Source: an uncultured Verrucomicrobiota bacterium
GTDB taxonomy: Bacteria; Verrucomicrobiota; Verrucomicrobiia; Limisphaerales; SIBE01
DNA length: 64,000 nt
Assembly: GCA_964578605.1 (NCBI GenBank)
Contig: CAZODO010000001.1
Span: 70,348 to 134,347 of the forward strand
Reading direction: 5' to 3'
A model generated the notes under the pieces. The model searched no databases. It was not told the origin of the DNA and saw nothing but the letters and a program-made list of their open reading frames with translations. Positions 28,128 through 36,739 of this stretch are shown here, piece by piece. The translations under genes and the position numbers were made by a program. The number at the start of each line of letters is the position of its first letter. Position 1 is the first letter of the stretch.

Positions 28128-28156
28128 AAATCGTTTCGGCTCTGCAAATTATGAAC

Positions 28157-28176
28157 TCTCCTCGGACTGGAGGAGA
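28157..28176 (-). other. Hairpin in the rpsU leader pairing a CCUCC-containing arm with a GAGGAG arm
   Basis: TCTCCTC-GGACTG-GAGGAGA, a 7-bp perfect stem ending 29 nt upstream of the rpsU ATG. Confidence 0.4.
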
Positions 28177-28734
28177 ACCCAGAGCGGCCCCAGGATCAGA
28201 AGGAAGCCTGCCTGGCTCGCCTTGGCTGGTCTTGGATAGACGCCTCAAGAGAATGACGCATGCCAGCCGAAGGTAAAGTCAATAATTTCGCGTTTTCAGC
28301 GCCGCAGAAGGCCCTCATTCCGCAAGAGTTTCCGAGTGACCGCGCCAAAGGCACCAGAACGCGTCAGCCCGGGGTACCGCCAGTGCCGCCCCGCGGACTC
28401 GTCCCTTTCACATTCTCTTGCCCTGAAACGGGCAACAGGAACGGACGGCTCGTCATAGCGGGGAGGTGAATTCGGACAGGGCAGGATGCAACCAGCGGGC
28501 AACTTCTCTTGTCCTTCTCTCGACCTAAATAATGTCATAGTAAACTGCAGATAAATTGGTCATATATAAAATAAATATCCAACAAATATGTCACAAATAA
28601 AGTATGAGTATAGAACGAGTATATCAAGAGCGTAAGTACTTGCCGTCCAACTGTGTTCTCGGAAGGCAAAAAATCGTGGTGATCGCCTCAGCGCGCCCCG
28701 GCTTCGAGAATTCCGTCGCCGCTCCGCCTTCGTC

Positions 28735-28770
28735 CCGGCTGGATTCCACAAGCGGCTTTATGTTATAATC
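28735..28770 (+). promoter_or_regulatory. Putative extended -10 promoter (TGTTATAAT)
   Basis: TATAAT at 28764..28769 is preceded by TGT, about 90 nt upstream of the membrane-protein gene at 28858. There is no good -35 element. Confidence 0.3.
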
Positions 28771-28857
28771 CCTTTCCGACCGATCCAATGTGTCCTGTCA
28801 ACGAAGGCGCACCGCGACGATCAATGACCGAGCTAATCGCCAAACCAACCCAAGTTT

Positions 28858-29781
28858 ATGCCTGATCCTTCCTTTAACATCAGCGTCACGGCTCCCGTGA
28901 CAGCCGCCTTCGAGAGGGCGAAACGGCTGCTGTTCCAACCATTCGACCTGCAGGTCTGGCTGACCATCGGCGTTGCCGCCTGGCTGGCGCAACTCGGACG
29001 CCAGGGAGGCGGCGGGACAGGGTTCAATTTCGGGGGTCGGCGGAACGCGTCTTTGGAGGAGGCGCTGCGTGACGCCTGGAGTTACGTCCTTGATAATCTC
29101 CATTGGCTGGTGCCGGTCGCCATCGGCGTTGCGCTGGTTGGGCTGGCGCTCTGGGTCCTGTTCACTTGGCTTAGCAGCCGGGGGGAATTCATGCTTCTCC
29201 ATTGTGTCGGCGAACGCAAAGCGGAGGTGGCGGTTCCTTGGCGGATCTACGCCGAGCACGCCAACAGCTTGTTCGGGTTCCGAGTCATTGTGGGGCTGGT
29301 GACGTTCGTGCTGGTGGTGCCGCTGGTTGTCCTGGGCGTGTGGATGCTCACCCGAATGGTTTCAGGCGAGAGCCGGACGTTCGTCACAGGCCTGGCGCTT
29401 GCAGGCACGGTTCTGAGCCTGACCGGAGTCGGCGTGTTGTTCGCGCTCGTGAGCAAGTTGACTCGGGACTTCGTCGTCCCGGTCATGTTCCTCCATACCA
29501 TCAGCTGCGTTGTCGCGTGGCGGCGGTTGATGCTGCTTCTGACCGATAACCTCGCCTATTTCGTGCTCTACATCCTGTTCTCGATCGTGCTTTCGATTGC
29601 GATTGGCCTGCTTATCCTGGCCCTGGTGCTGGTGACGTGCTGTTGTGCCGGTTGCCTGATGATCATCCCGTACATCGGGACCGTCCTGATCCTGCCGATC
29701 CACATCTTCCGTCGGGCGTTCTCGGCGGAATACCTGGCCCAGTACGGACCGGAATACAACGTGTTCCGGTGGACGGTCTGA
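28858..29781 (+). CDS. Hypothetical polytopic membrane protein
   Basis: 307 aa with about 6-7 hydrophobic helices (e.g. VIVGLVTFVLVVPLVVLGVWML, FVLYILFSIVLSIAIGLLILALVLV). No family recognised. Confidence 0.7.
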   Translation: MPDPSFNISVTAPVTAAFERAKRLLFQPFDLQVWLTIGVAAWLAQLGRQGGGGTGFNFGGRRNASLEEALRDAWSYVLDNLHWLVPVAIGVALVGLALWVLFTWLSSRGEFMLLHCVGERKAEVAVPWRIYAEHANSLFGFRVIVGLVTFVLVVPLVVLGVWMLTRMVSGESRTFVTGLALAGTVLSLTGVGVLFALVSKLTRDFVVPVMFLHTISCVVAWRRLMLLLTDNLAYFVLYILFSIVLSIAIGLLILALVLVTCCCAGCLMIIPYIGTVLILPIHIFRRAFSAEYLAQYGPEYNVFRWTV

Positions 29782-29804
29782 GAGCGGCAGAGCGGGCAAC
29801 CCGA

Positions 29805-32800
29805 TTAAGGAATGGCGGGCGTAACGACCCGGTAGAACCGAACCGGGGTGGCGCCGAAGGCTCGGTCGCTCACGCGCATTGCCCCAGGCCGATCGCTCGC
29901 GGGAATATCCACCAGGCGAACCCACGACCCCGCGTTCAGCGAGTCGCGGAACAGAACCGAGTAGGTCTTGCCGGCGGCGATCTGGAACTCCAGGACGGCG
30001 GCCTGGTCTTCGACCCCCACCACCTGCAATTCCAGGGAGCTTGCCGGGTCCCGCGGATCGGTTCCGGCAAGGAACTCCTCCAGGTTGGTCAACCCGTCGG
30101 CGTCGGGATCCGCGTCGGGTCCATTCACGCCGGCAGCGCTGTTGGGATCGAGTCCATGGGCGATTTCCCATTCATCCGGAAGCCCGTCCTGGTCGGCATC
30201 GTTGCTGCCAGACGAGGTGAACTGCGCCGGAGTGGGCTCGGCCGCGATCCAATGGGCCGGGTCGTCGCCGTAGAGACTGCTCGAAAGCCGCTGGAGCGAT
30301 TTCCCCGTGCTGTTGGCGCCCGTAGGCCAGGGCGGCTGACTGGAGTATCGGACTTCGTCCACGAGAATCTGCGGGACGACTGAGATGCCTGGCGTTGTGC
30401 CTGAATCAGGGGCGTCGGGGCGGTAAACGGCAATACGATTGCCCGCGTTATTGAGGTTTCCCACGAATGGACCCACCAGCAGCGCGCGGGAGGTGTCCAG
30501 TCCGAGCGCGGCGGCAAAGGCTTGCAGCGCGGCGTTGTCCGTCACGGGATCGAAATGAACGACCAGCATCGCTTGGCCGGGCGCCAGGACAACGTTGGTG
30601 GGGAAAGTGAAGTCGACCCCGCCCGCCAAACGCCAGGTGTTCGTCGGGCAAGCCGGATCGTACAGGGGCACCGGTTGCTGGCTCGAGTTGTGGATTTCGA
30701 TGAACTCGTCACGGAGATTGTTTTCCCCATTCAACGCCGGAGGATCAAACATCACTTCCGTGAGCACCACGGGCGGGATGGCCGGCCCGGCATTCACCTG
30801 GCCAAGGGTCGGGCGCGCCTGGGCGACGAACCGCTCCTCACCGGCACTGTTCACATGGCGGCCGAACGAAACGCCGCTAACCGCGGCGTCAAAGCTGAAT
30901 CCATGGGCATAACCGGTGAGGTTCCCTCCGTCGGCGGAGAAGAGATAAACGTCATCGCCAGCCGCGCTCAGGCCGAAACCATTGGGACCGCTGCCGAACT
31001 GGTTTTCGTCCACCAACAGATAGCCGCCGGACGGAATCAAGGTGCCGGCTGGAATGCGGTATTTGGCCGGTTCTCCCGAATCGTCGCTGAGGAACCAGCC
31101 GCTGACGTCGGCCTCGGCGGGCGTGGGATTGAACAATTCAATCGTATCCAATCCGGAAGCGCCGCCGCGAGTGAGAGCTTCATTAACGACGACGCCGGGG
31201 ATCTGGGGTTCCGGCGGATCGGCGGCCCCTGGCGAACCGCCGCGGGCGCTGCTGGGGCGCCAATGGGTGCGGCTGGACCAGCGCTCAGGAGCGGCGTTCT
31301 CGTCAAGGGGCACCAGGGAAAAGCCAAGGCCGTCCGCGATCGCGAACCACGCGTCGTTATAGGTGAAGTTCAGGAGGGGCTCTTGCAACGGGCCCGATAA
31401 GACAAGCTGTTCGCCCTGGTTGCTGAGGCTGCCCAGAAACTCCCCGGCAACGTTGTTCACGCCTGGATATCGGGTGGCGAAAGCGGCGCGGTTCCTCACC
31501 AGCACCACGTGCTCTCCAGGAGCCAGGGAAGTCACGCCGCTGGCCGCGGTGAACGTGTACTCAATCCCCGCAGTGAAAGCGGCCCCGATCAGGTTGAGGG
31601 GGGTTGTGCCCGTGTTTCTCAGCTCAATGAACTCGAACGCCTCTGCATCGCTGCTGCCCGGCCCTGGCTCGGGTGCAAACATGATCTCGCTGATCGTCAG
31701 GGCTGGCCGGCTCATCACGAATGTGGCCGCCACGGGACCAGACCAGGGACTCGATAGAGGCGGCTGGTTTGCTCCGGTGAGATTGCGGTGGTTCAAGTCT
31801 CGGGCGCGGGCCACAAGGCGGGTGTTCTGCGCAAGGGTGATGGGGCCGGAATAGGTCCGGGCATTGGGACTGACATTGCCTCCCGGCGCCCGGGGGTCTG
31901 CTCCGTCCAGAGTGTAGTAAAGGGCGGCGCCCGCCGGACCGGAAAGCGTCACGGAAAGTCCCGGTTCGGCCGGTCCGCCAGGATGGCTGATGACGGGCGC
32001 TGCCAGGAAGTTTGTGTCGATGAAGTCCACGCGGTCACCAAGCCACCGCTTCAGGTAGTCCACTTCGGCCTGGTAACTGCCCCATCGCGGCGACGTAAAG
32101 CCCGGCCAGCGGGCGACCTCGCGTTTCTGCGCTTCACGAACCTGCCCGGTCAGCGAATCCACCAGGGAATGAAGGCTGGCGATGGAAAACGCGTCGCGCC
32201 GAAGTTCCTGCCAGCGATCGATCCAGCGCTGCCAGAAGTCGATATCCCTGAACATGGGAGAGTACCATGGGTTGGAGAAGATCCAGTCCGGGTTGAACAT
32301 GTCCGTTCCGCGATCGCCGCCGGCGGAACGCCAGAGGCGGGGATTGCTGTCGCGCCCGTCGGTCGATCCCAAGGCGCGGTCGAGATCCCAGAGCGGGCCG
32401 AAGGCGAGTTTGCCATTGCGGGGCTTGTAAAAGTAGCCGCTAAGCCGGAGCGCATCGACGTTAAAGGTGAGGATATTCAGGATGTGGTGATCGATCGCGG
32501 CGGGCACGTCGATATACTTGGCGTAACCGTTCACCGGATCGGCAAAATTGGGGCTGTCCAAGACGGTGAGCATCTCGTCCAAGTAGTCCGTGATATACCG
32601 GTATTGGGCGGCGCGCTGAGGTTGAGTGATCTCGGCCCACTTCGGGTCTTGCGCGTTGATCCCAAGGCCCCCGGCGTAAAGCTGGCCCTCATCAGGAGCC
32701 CCGCGATCCACGCTCAACACATACCCGCCGCTGACTTCCGGGAGCTTCGAATGCTCCGGCTGCAAGGAGTCGATATTGATCCGGTCCGGTCCGCGTTTGA

Positions 32801-34874
32801 TTCTCTCCAGGAGCACGTAGACGCCGTTGTAGTTGGCGTAGGTCACGGCGCCTCCCCGCGTGTTGACGAACACTTCAACGAAACGGGCGCGCGGCGAATA
32901 GCGCCCGATCTGGCGGCTCAGGTCGTGGGCGAACTTGTTGTGGATCAGCACCGGCTCGAAATTGTTGCAGGCGTAAAGAATCCAATCGGCTTCCGCGGGC
33001 ATTCCGAGCAGCGCATGATCCTGGTCGTCATTATGTTCGTTCCAGAACTCGACGCGGAAGTTGGATTTGGCCTGGCCCATCGTGCTCGAGCCGCGAAGGT
33101 TGATGCCGGCCCGGGTGCTGAGCGTGGGCCGGTTGGTCAGCGAGGTGCGCCCGAATCCGGGCTCGAAGACCGAGATGTTGGCAAACTGTCGTGTGCCAGC
33201 CGGCACGCGCCCGCCCTGGAAGTTGTGGATCACCACCACAGGAAGGTCGGAGCTGAATTCGGCAGCGGTTGCATCGAGCTGCATGTAGGTTCGGCTTTCG
33301 GGTGTGCTGGGGAGCAAGCCTGGGCTGAAATTGACCGCACGCACCTGGACGGTGCCGCTGATATCGATCGGCGCCGAATAGACCGGCGAACGATCGGTCG
33401 GGAGGGAACCATCAATGGTAAAGCGAATCACGGCGTCAGGCGAGTCGGCCGACAATTCCAGCGCGAACGACGCCGCGAAGGTGCCCGCAGGCCGAGAGAA
33501 TCGGACTGGCGCCGCAAACCCGGGTCCGCCGCTGGCGTTGGGCGCTTCCGGGGTGGGCGCGGGGAAGAAGGCGAGCAGGTTGGGGTTGCCCCGCTCCCGG
33601 CCATACGAAACGTCCTCGAACTGCGCCGGGTAAACCGCAAATTCCGAGACGGCCTTGCCGTCCGGATCGCACAAGGCCAGGTAACCGCCTTCACGCGCCA
33701 GCTTGAAGTTCGCGTGCAGCCGGGCCAAAGGGTTGGTCCGGTTCTTCTCGGACGCAAAGACAAGCAGGCAGGTGTTGGGCAGGAGCGAAACGTTCGGGAA
33801 GCGCCATTGGACCAGATTGCTGCGCGTCGTGAGTGAATAGCCGGACAGGGTGGCGGGGGTGCTTCCGGCGTTAAAGATCTCGATCCAATCCGAACTGTCG
33901 CCGTCCTCGTCGTTGAGCGTGTCGTTGTTGTCGGCCATGAATTCCGAAATCAGAAGCCCGGGCGGTTCAGCGTTCGGATCGAGCGTATAGCTCCAGGTCC
34001 CTCCAGCAAACGGATTGGCTGCGGACGCAAGGTCATGGATGCCATGACCCGGAGCCCAGGCGAGCGTGACCGTGCCCTCGGGAGGTTGAGGGAACTCAAA
34101 ACCATACTGGGAGGCATTGAAAGCCGTCACCTTCACCGCCGGTTGCCCGTTGATAAGAAGGTCTGCCGCATCGACTCCCGTGACGTCCTCGTCAAAAGCG
34201 ATCTCCACCTGGGTCAGGCGCTGCACAAGGGCGTTAACGAGCGGCACAACCATTTCAACGGCAGGGGCGATGTCGTCCACCGAGTTGGACATCGAGAGCC
34301 AAATGCCGAAGTCGGTGCTGTTGCCCAACCCCGAATTAAACGCCTGGATCGCGATGACATTGGTTCCCTCGAGCAAGTGCGCCTCCGCCTGGCCGAGGAC
34401 GGTCGTCTCCACCGGGACCGGTTCGGAAAGGGCCGAACGCGACGTGCCGTTAAAAGGGACGAAGCCGCCAGGCATATTGAACCGGATCACTTCGGCGCCG
34501 TTAATCCAGGCGATAAACCCGTCGTCGCACATGGCGGTCAGCTGCACTTCCCGGATGTCCTTGGGATCGCTGACGACGAATTCTCTGCGAAGAAACACGC
34601 AACTGTAATTGCCCCGCATTTCCACCAGCTCGGTATTGCCCCCGAGCGCGTTCTGGTTGCCGGGTTGGTCCTCGTAGAAGAAGGGGCTCCTGCCGGTGGC
34701 CCAACCCGAGTCGTCAAACCCTGCCACGCGCCATGCCGCGGGGTCGCCGGGACTGGCTTCGCTCAACCCGGGCAGGTATTTCCATTCCGCGTCGTAGGGA
34801 AACACCCCTGCTGCCGAAGCAGATAGGGTCCAAGCAAACGCCAGCGCGCTGGCAATCAACGATGATGAAAACAT
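29805..34874 (-). CDS. Giant secreted CotH-kinase-family protein with four lamin-tail domains, Ig-like/chitobiase-C-like domains and TSP3-type Ca-binding repeats
   Basis: Signal peptide MFSSSLIASALAFAWTLSASA (ATG 34874). CotH core: NFRVEFWNEHNDD...ILYACNNFEPVLIHNKFAHDLSRQIG...YNGVYVLLERIKRG. Four LTD-like units: LLISEFMADNNDT...WIEIFN, LTISEIMFAP...FIELRN, VVVNEAL...TIELFN, VLTEVMFDP...FIEIHN. Also DADQDGLPDEWE...DPDADGLTNLEEF. The protein ends VRFYRVVTPAIP. Confidence 0.85.
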   Translation of the reverse strand: MFSSSLIASALAFAWTLSASAAGVFPYDAEWKYLPGLSEASPGDPAAWRVAGFDDSGWATGRSPFFYEDQPGNQNALGGNTELVEMRGNYSCVFLRREFVVSDPKDIREVQLTAMCDDGFIAWINGAEVIRFNMPGGFVPFNGTSRSALSEPVPVETTVLGQAEAHLLEGTNVIAIQAFNSGLGNSTDFGIWLSMSNSVDDIAPAVEMVVPLVNALVQRLTQVEIAFDEDVTGVDAADLLINGQPAVKVTAFNASQYGFEFPQPPEGTVTLAWAPGHGIHDLASAANPFAGGTWSYTLDPNAEPPGLLISEFMADNNDTLNDEDGDSSDWIEIFNAGSTPATLSGYSLTTRSNLVQWRFPNVSLLPNTCLLVFASEKNRTNPLARLHANFKLAREGGYLALCDPDGKAVSEFAVYPAQFEDVSYGRERGNPNLLAFFPAPTPEAPNASGGPGFAAPVRFSRPAGTFAASFALELSADSPDAVIRFTIDGSLPTDRSPVYSAPIDISGTVQVRAVNFSPGLLPSTPESRTYMQLDATAAEFSSDLPVVVIHNFQGGRVPAGTRQFANISVFEPGFGRTSLTNRPTLSTRAGINLRGSSTMGQAKSNFRVEFWNEHNDDQDHALLGMPAEADWILYACNNFEPVLIHNKFAHDLSRQIGRYSPRARFVEVFVNTRGGAVTYANYNGVYVLLERIKRGPDRINIDSLQPEHSKLPEVSGGYVLSVDRGAPDEGQLYAGGLGINAQDPKWAEITQPQRAAQYRYITDYLDEMLTVLDSPNFADPVNGYAKYIDVPAAIDHHILNILTFNVDALRLSGYFYKPRNGKLAFGPLWDLDRALGSTDGRDSNPRLWRSAGGDRGTDMFNPDWIFSNPWYSPMFRDIDFWQRWIDRWQELRRDAFSIASLHSLVDSLTGQVREAQKREVARWPGFTSPRWGSYQAEVDYLKRWLGDRVDFIDTNFLAAPVISHPGGPAEPGLSVTLSGPAGAALYYTLDGADPRAPGGNVSPNARTYSGPITLAQNTRLVARARDLNHRNLTGANQPPLSSPWSGPVAATFVMSRPALTISEIMFAPEPGPGSSDAEAFEFIELRNTGTTPLNLIGAAFTAGIEYTFTAASGVTSLAPGEHVVLVRNRAAFATRYPGVNNVAGEFLGSLSNQGEQLVLSGPLQEPLLNFTYNDAWFAIADGLGFSLVPLDENAAPERWSSRTHWRPSSARGGSPGAADPPEPQIPGVVVNEALTRGGASGLDTIELFNPTPAEADVSGWFLSDDSGEPAKYRIPAGTLIPSGGYLLVDENQFGSGPNGFGLSAAGDDVYLFSADGGNLTGYAHGFSFDAAVSGVSFGRHVNSAGEERFVAQARPTLGQVNAGPAIPPVVLTEVMFDPPALNGENNLRDEFIEIHNSSQQPVPLYDPACPTNTWRLAGGVDFTFPTNVVLAPGQAMLVVHFDPVTDNAALQAFAAALGLDTSRALLVGPFVGNLNNAGNRIAVYRPDAPDSGTTPGISVVPQILVDEVRYSSQPPWPTGANSTGKSLQRLSSSLYGDDPAHWIAAEPTPAQFTSSGSNDADQDGLPDEWEIAHGLDPNSAAGVNGPDADPDADGLTNLEEFLAGTDPRDPASSLELQVVGVEDQAAVLEFQIAAGKTYSVLFRDSLNAGSWVRLVDIPASDRPGAMRVSDRAFGATPVRFYRVVTPAIP

Positions 34875-34975
34875 CAATGGAGGTAACACAGGTAGATCGA
34901 CAATAAGCAAACTCCTTGCCAGCTTCTGGCCACACAACACCCCTCCTTCAGCTTCCCCATAACGCTTCGCTCAAC

Positions 34976-35776
34976 TCACTCAACCGCCCGCACGATGTAT
35001 CCACCCGATTTCTCGTCGGGCTCCAGCTTTACCAGGCCCCGTTTCTCCGCTTCGAGGAGCAGCTCATTGAAGGATCGGAACCCATGGGCGCGTTCGTTGA
35101 ATCCCGGGTTGCGCCGCTTGATGGCCTGTTTGATCATGGAACCCCAGATCCGCTCGTCCTCTTCCCGCTCGTCCGTGATGGCTTCGAACGTTTCCGCGAT
35201 CAGTTCGAGCGCTTTCTCCTGCGAAGGCCTTCTTGACTCTCCTTCGCCAGCTTTGGAGACGACGCCGGTAACGGAGGCGCGCCGGGTCTTTGACGGTTCC
35301 GACCGGACGAGGTCGTCGTAGTAAATAAACTGGTCGCAGTTGTTGATGAACAGGTCGGAGCTGGACTTCTTGACGCCCACGCCGATGACGGTTTTCGCAT
35401 TCTCCCGGAGTTTGCTTACCAGCGGCGAGAAATCGGAGTCCCCACTGATGATCACGAAACTATCGACGTGCCCCTTGGTATAACAGAGATCGAGCGCATC
35501 GACCACCATGCGAATATCGGCCGAGTTCTTTCCGGATTGCCGCAGATGGGGGATCTCGATGAGTTCGAACGCCGTCTCGTGCAGGTCCCGCTTAAACTCT
35601 TTGTAACGGTCAAAGTCGCAGTAAGCCTTTTTGACGACGATATGCCCTTTCAATAAGAGCCGCTCAATCACCTTCTGAATGTCGAACCGCGGGTGGTTCG
35701 CCTCACGTGCCCCGAGGGCGATGTTCTCAAGGTCTAGAAAGACCGCCATTGTTGCATCGTCGTTGTGCGGATTCAT
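34976..35776 (-). CDS. NYN (LabA/DUF88) nuclease-domain protein with C-terminal OST-HTH/LOTUS domain
   Basis: MAVFLDLENIALG...ADIRMVVDAL...FVIISGDSDFSPLVSKLRE is NYN-like. The C-terminal ...WGSMIKQAIKRRNPGFNERAHGFRSFNELLLEAEKRGLVKL is LOTUS-like. Start moved to ATG 35776, because the track ORF runs antisense into the GT2 gene. Confidence 0.8.
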   Translation of the reverse strand: MNPHNDDATMAVFLDLENIALGAREANHPRFDIQKVIERLLLKGHIVVKKAYCDFDRYKEFKRDLHETAFELIEIPHLRQSGKNSADIRMVVDALDLCYTKGHVDSFVIISGDSDFSPLVSKLRENAKTVIGVGVKKSSSDLFINNCDQFIYYDDLVRSEPSKTRRASVTGVVSKAGEGESRRPSQEKALELIAETFEAITDEREEDERIWGSMIKQAIKRRNPGFNERAHGFRSFNELLLEAEKRGLVKLEPDEKSGGYIVRAVE

Positions 35777-35869
35777 GTCGGCATCGATCGTATCAGGCTG
35801 CCAGGAAAAGACGAGGGAATTGGGGCCGGGACCGTTGCAAATCCCGGGTGATTTGGTAAATAGAGCGGA

Positions 35870-36739
35870 GTGACTCAGCCAATCCCTGACATCCTGCTCC
35901 TGATCCCTGCTTATAATGAAGAGCAGCGGATCGAGCCTGTCTTGCGGGCCTACGCGGAGTATTTTCGGAAGCATTATACCGGGAGATTTCAGCTGGTCGT
36001 GGTGCTGAACGGGTGCATCGACGACACGCTCTCCGTGGTTGAGCGGGTGGCCGCAGAGCATCCCGAGATCCGCGCGCTTAACTTCCCGGCGCCGATCGGG
36101 AAGGGCGGCGCGCTCATCGAGGGATTGAAACTCGCGCCGATGAGCGACTTGATCGGGTATGTGGACGCGGACGGGGCGACCGCGCCGCCCGCTTTCCTGG
36201 ACCTCGTGGAGCATTGCCAAGGCGTGGATTGCGCGATCGGGTCGCGCTGGCTGCCGGGCTCGGTCCTTCACCAGGCCCAGTCCAGGCAGCGGCGGATCTT
36301 CAGTCGGATTTTCCATATGATTGTCCAGCTGTTGTTCCGCATGGATATCGTTGATACCCAATGTGGAGCGAAAGTCATTCGGCGCGAAGCGGTGGAACGG
36401 ATTCACTCCGCCCTTTGCATCGCGGATGTTGCTTTTGACATCAACCTGCTATACGCCCTGAAACGCCACGGATTCACCGTTCGGGAAGTGCCGACCGAAT
36501 GGACCGATAAGTTGGGATCGAAGATCAAGCTGAATCGGGGTGCGTTGGGCATTCTGCTCTCGGTGATCCGGTTGCGGCTCGTTTATTCGCCGTTTTACCG
36601 GTGGTTGCGGCCGCTTCGCCCGCTCGAGGGATGGGTTTACAGGAAGCTGCTACGCGCGCCGCAGCCGCTACCTGGTCCGCTCCACACCCCGCGCCAGCGG
36701 AAGGCGGCCGAACGGGGCCTGAACGGGGCAACCCATTAA
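35870..36739 (+). CDS. Family 2 glycosyltransferase (polyprenol-phosphate glycosyltransferase-like)
   Basis: ILLLIPAYNEEQRIEPVL and YVDADGATAP (DxD). 289 aa, GTG start. Confidence 0.82.
   Translation: MTQPIPDILLLIPAYNEEQRIEPVLRAYAEYFRKHYTGRFQLVVVLNGCIDDTLSVVERVAAEHPEIRALNFPAPIGKGGALIEGLKLAPMSDLIGYVDADGATAPPAFLDLVEHCQGVDCAIGSRWLPGSVLHQAQSRQRRIFSRIFHMIVQLLFRMDIVDTQCGAKVIRREAVERIHSALCIADVAFDINLLYALKRHGFTVREVPTEWTDKLGSKIKLNRGALGILLSVIRLRLVYSPFYRWLRPLRPLEGWVYRKLLRAPQPLPGPLHTPRQRKAAERGLNGATH

Noticed and set aside
28189-28215. SRP (4.5S) RNA-like string CCAGGATCAGAAGGAAGCCTGCCTGG, resembling the conserved ...CAGGUCCGGAAGGAAGCAGCC... of domain IV.
   Set aside because: The apical GNRA tetraloop stem (GGUCC-GGAA-GGA) is missing. 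The loop would be AGAA with poor closing pairs, and no long 5'/3' closing helix is evident. An Infernal scan would settle it.
28526-28640. AT-rich island as a replication origin or DNA-unwinding element.
   Set aside because: There is no cluster of DnaA boxes (only one 6/9 match, GATTCCACA, at 28742). None of the usual oriC-linked genes (dnaA, dnaN, gyrB, parAB) is nearby.
31788-33836. Long antisense ORFs opposite clearly identified genes: 31788..33836 (682 aa), plus 1066..2319, 12847..14121, 19010..20305, 21351..22709, 24022..25062, 40701..42332, 42716..43816, 46459..47751 and 59012..60406.
   Set aside because: They are Arg/Gly/Ala/Pro-rich with no motifs. They lie opposite genes with unambiguous family signatures. 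They are the shadow ORFs expected in about 60% GC DNA.
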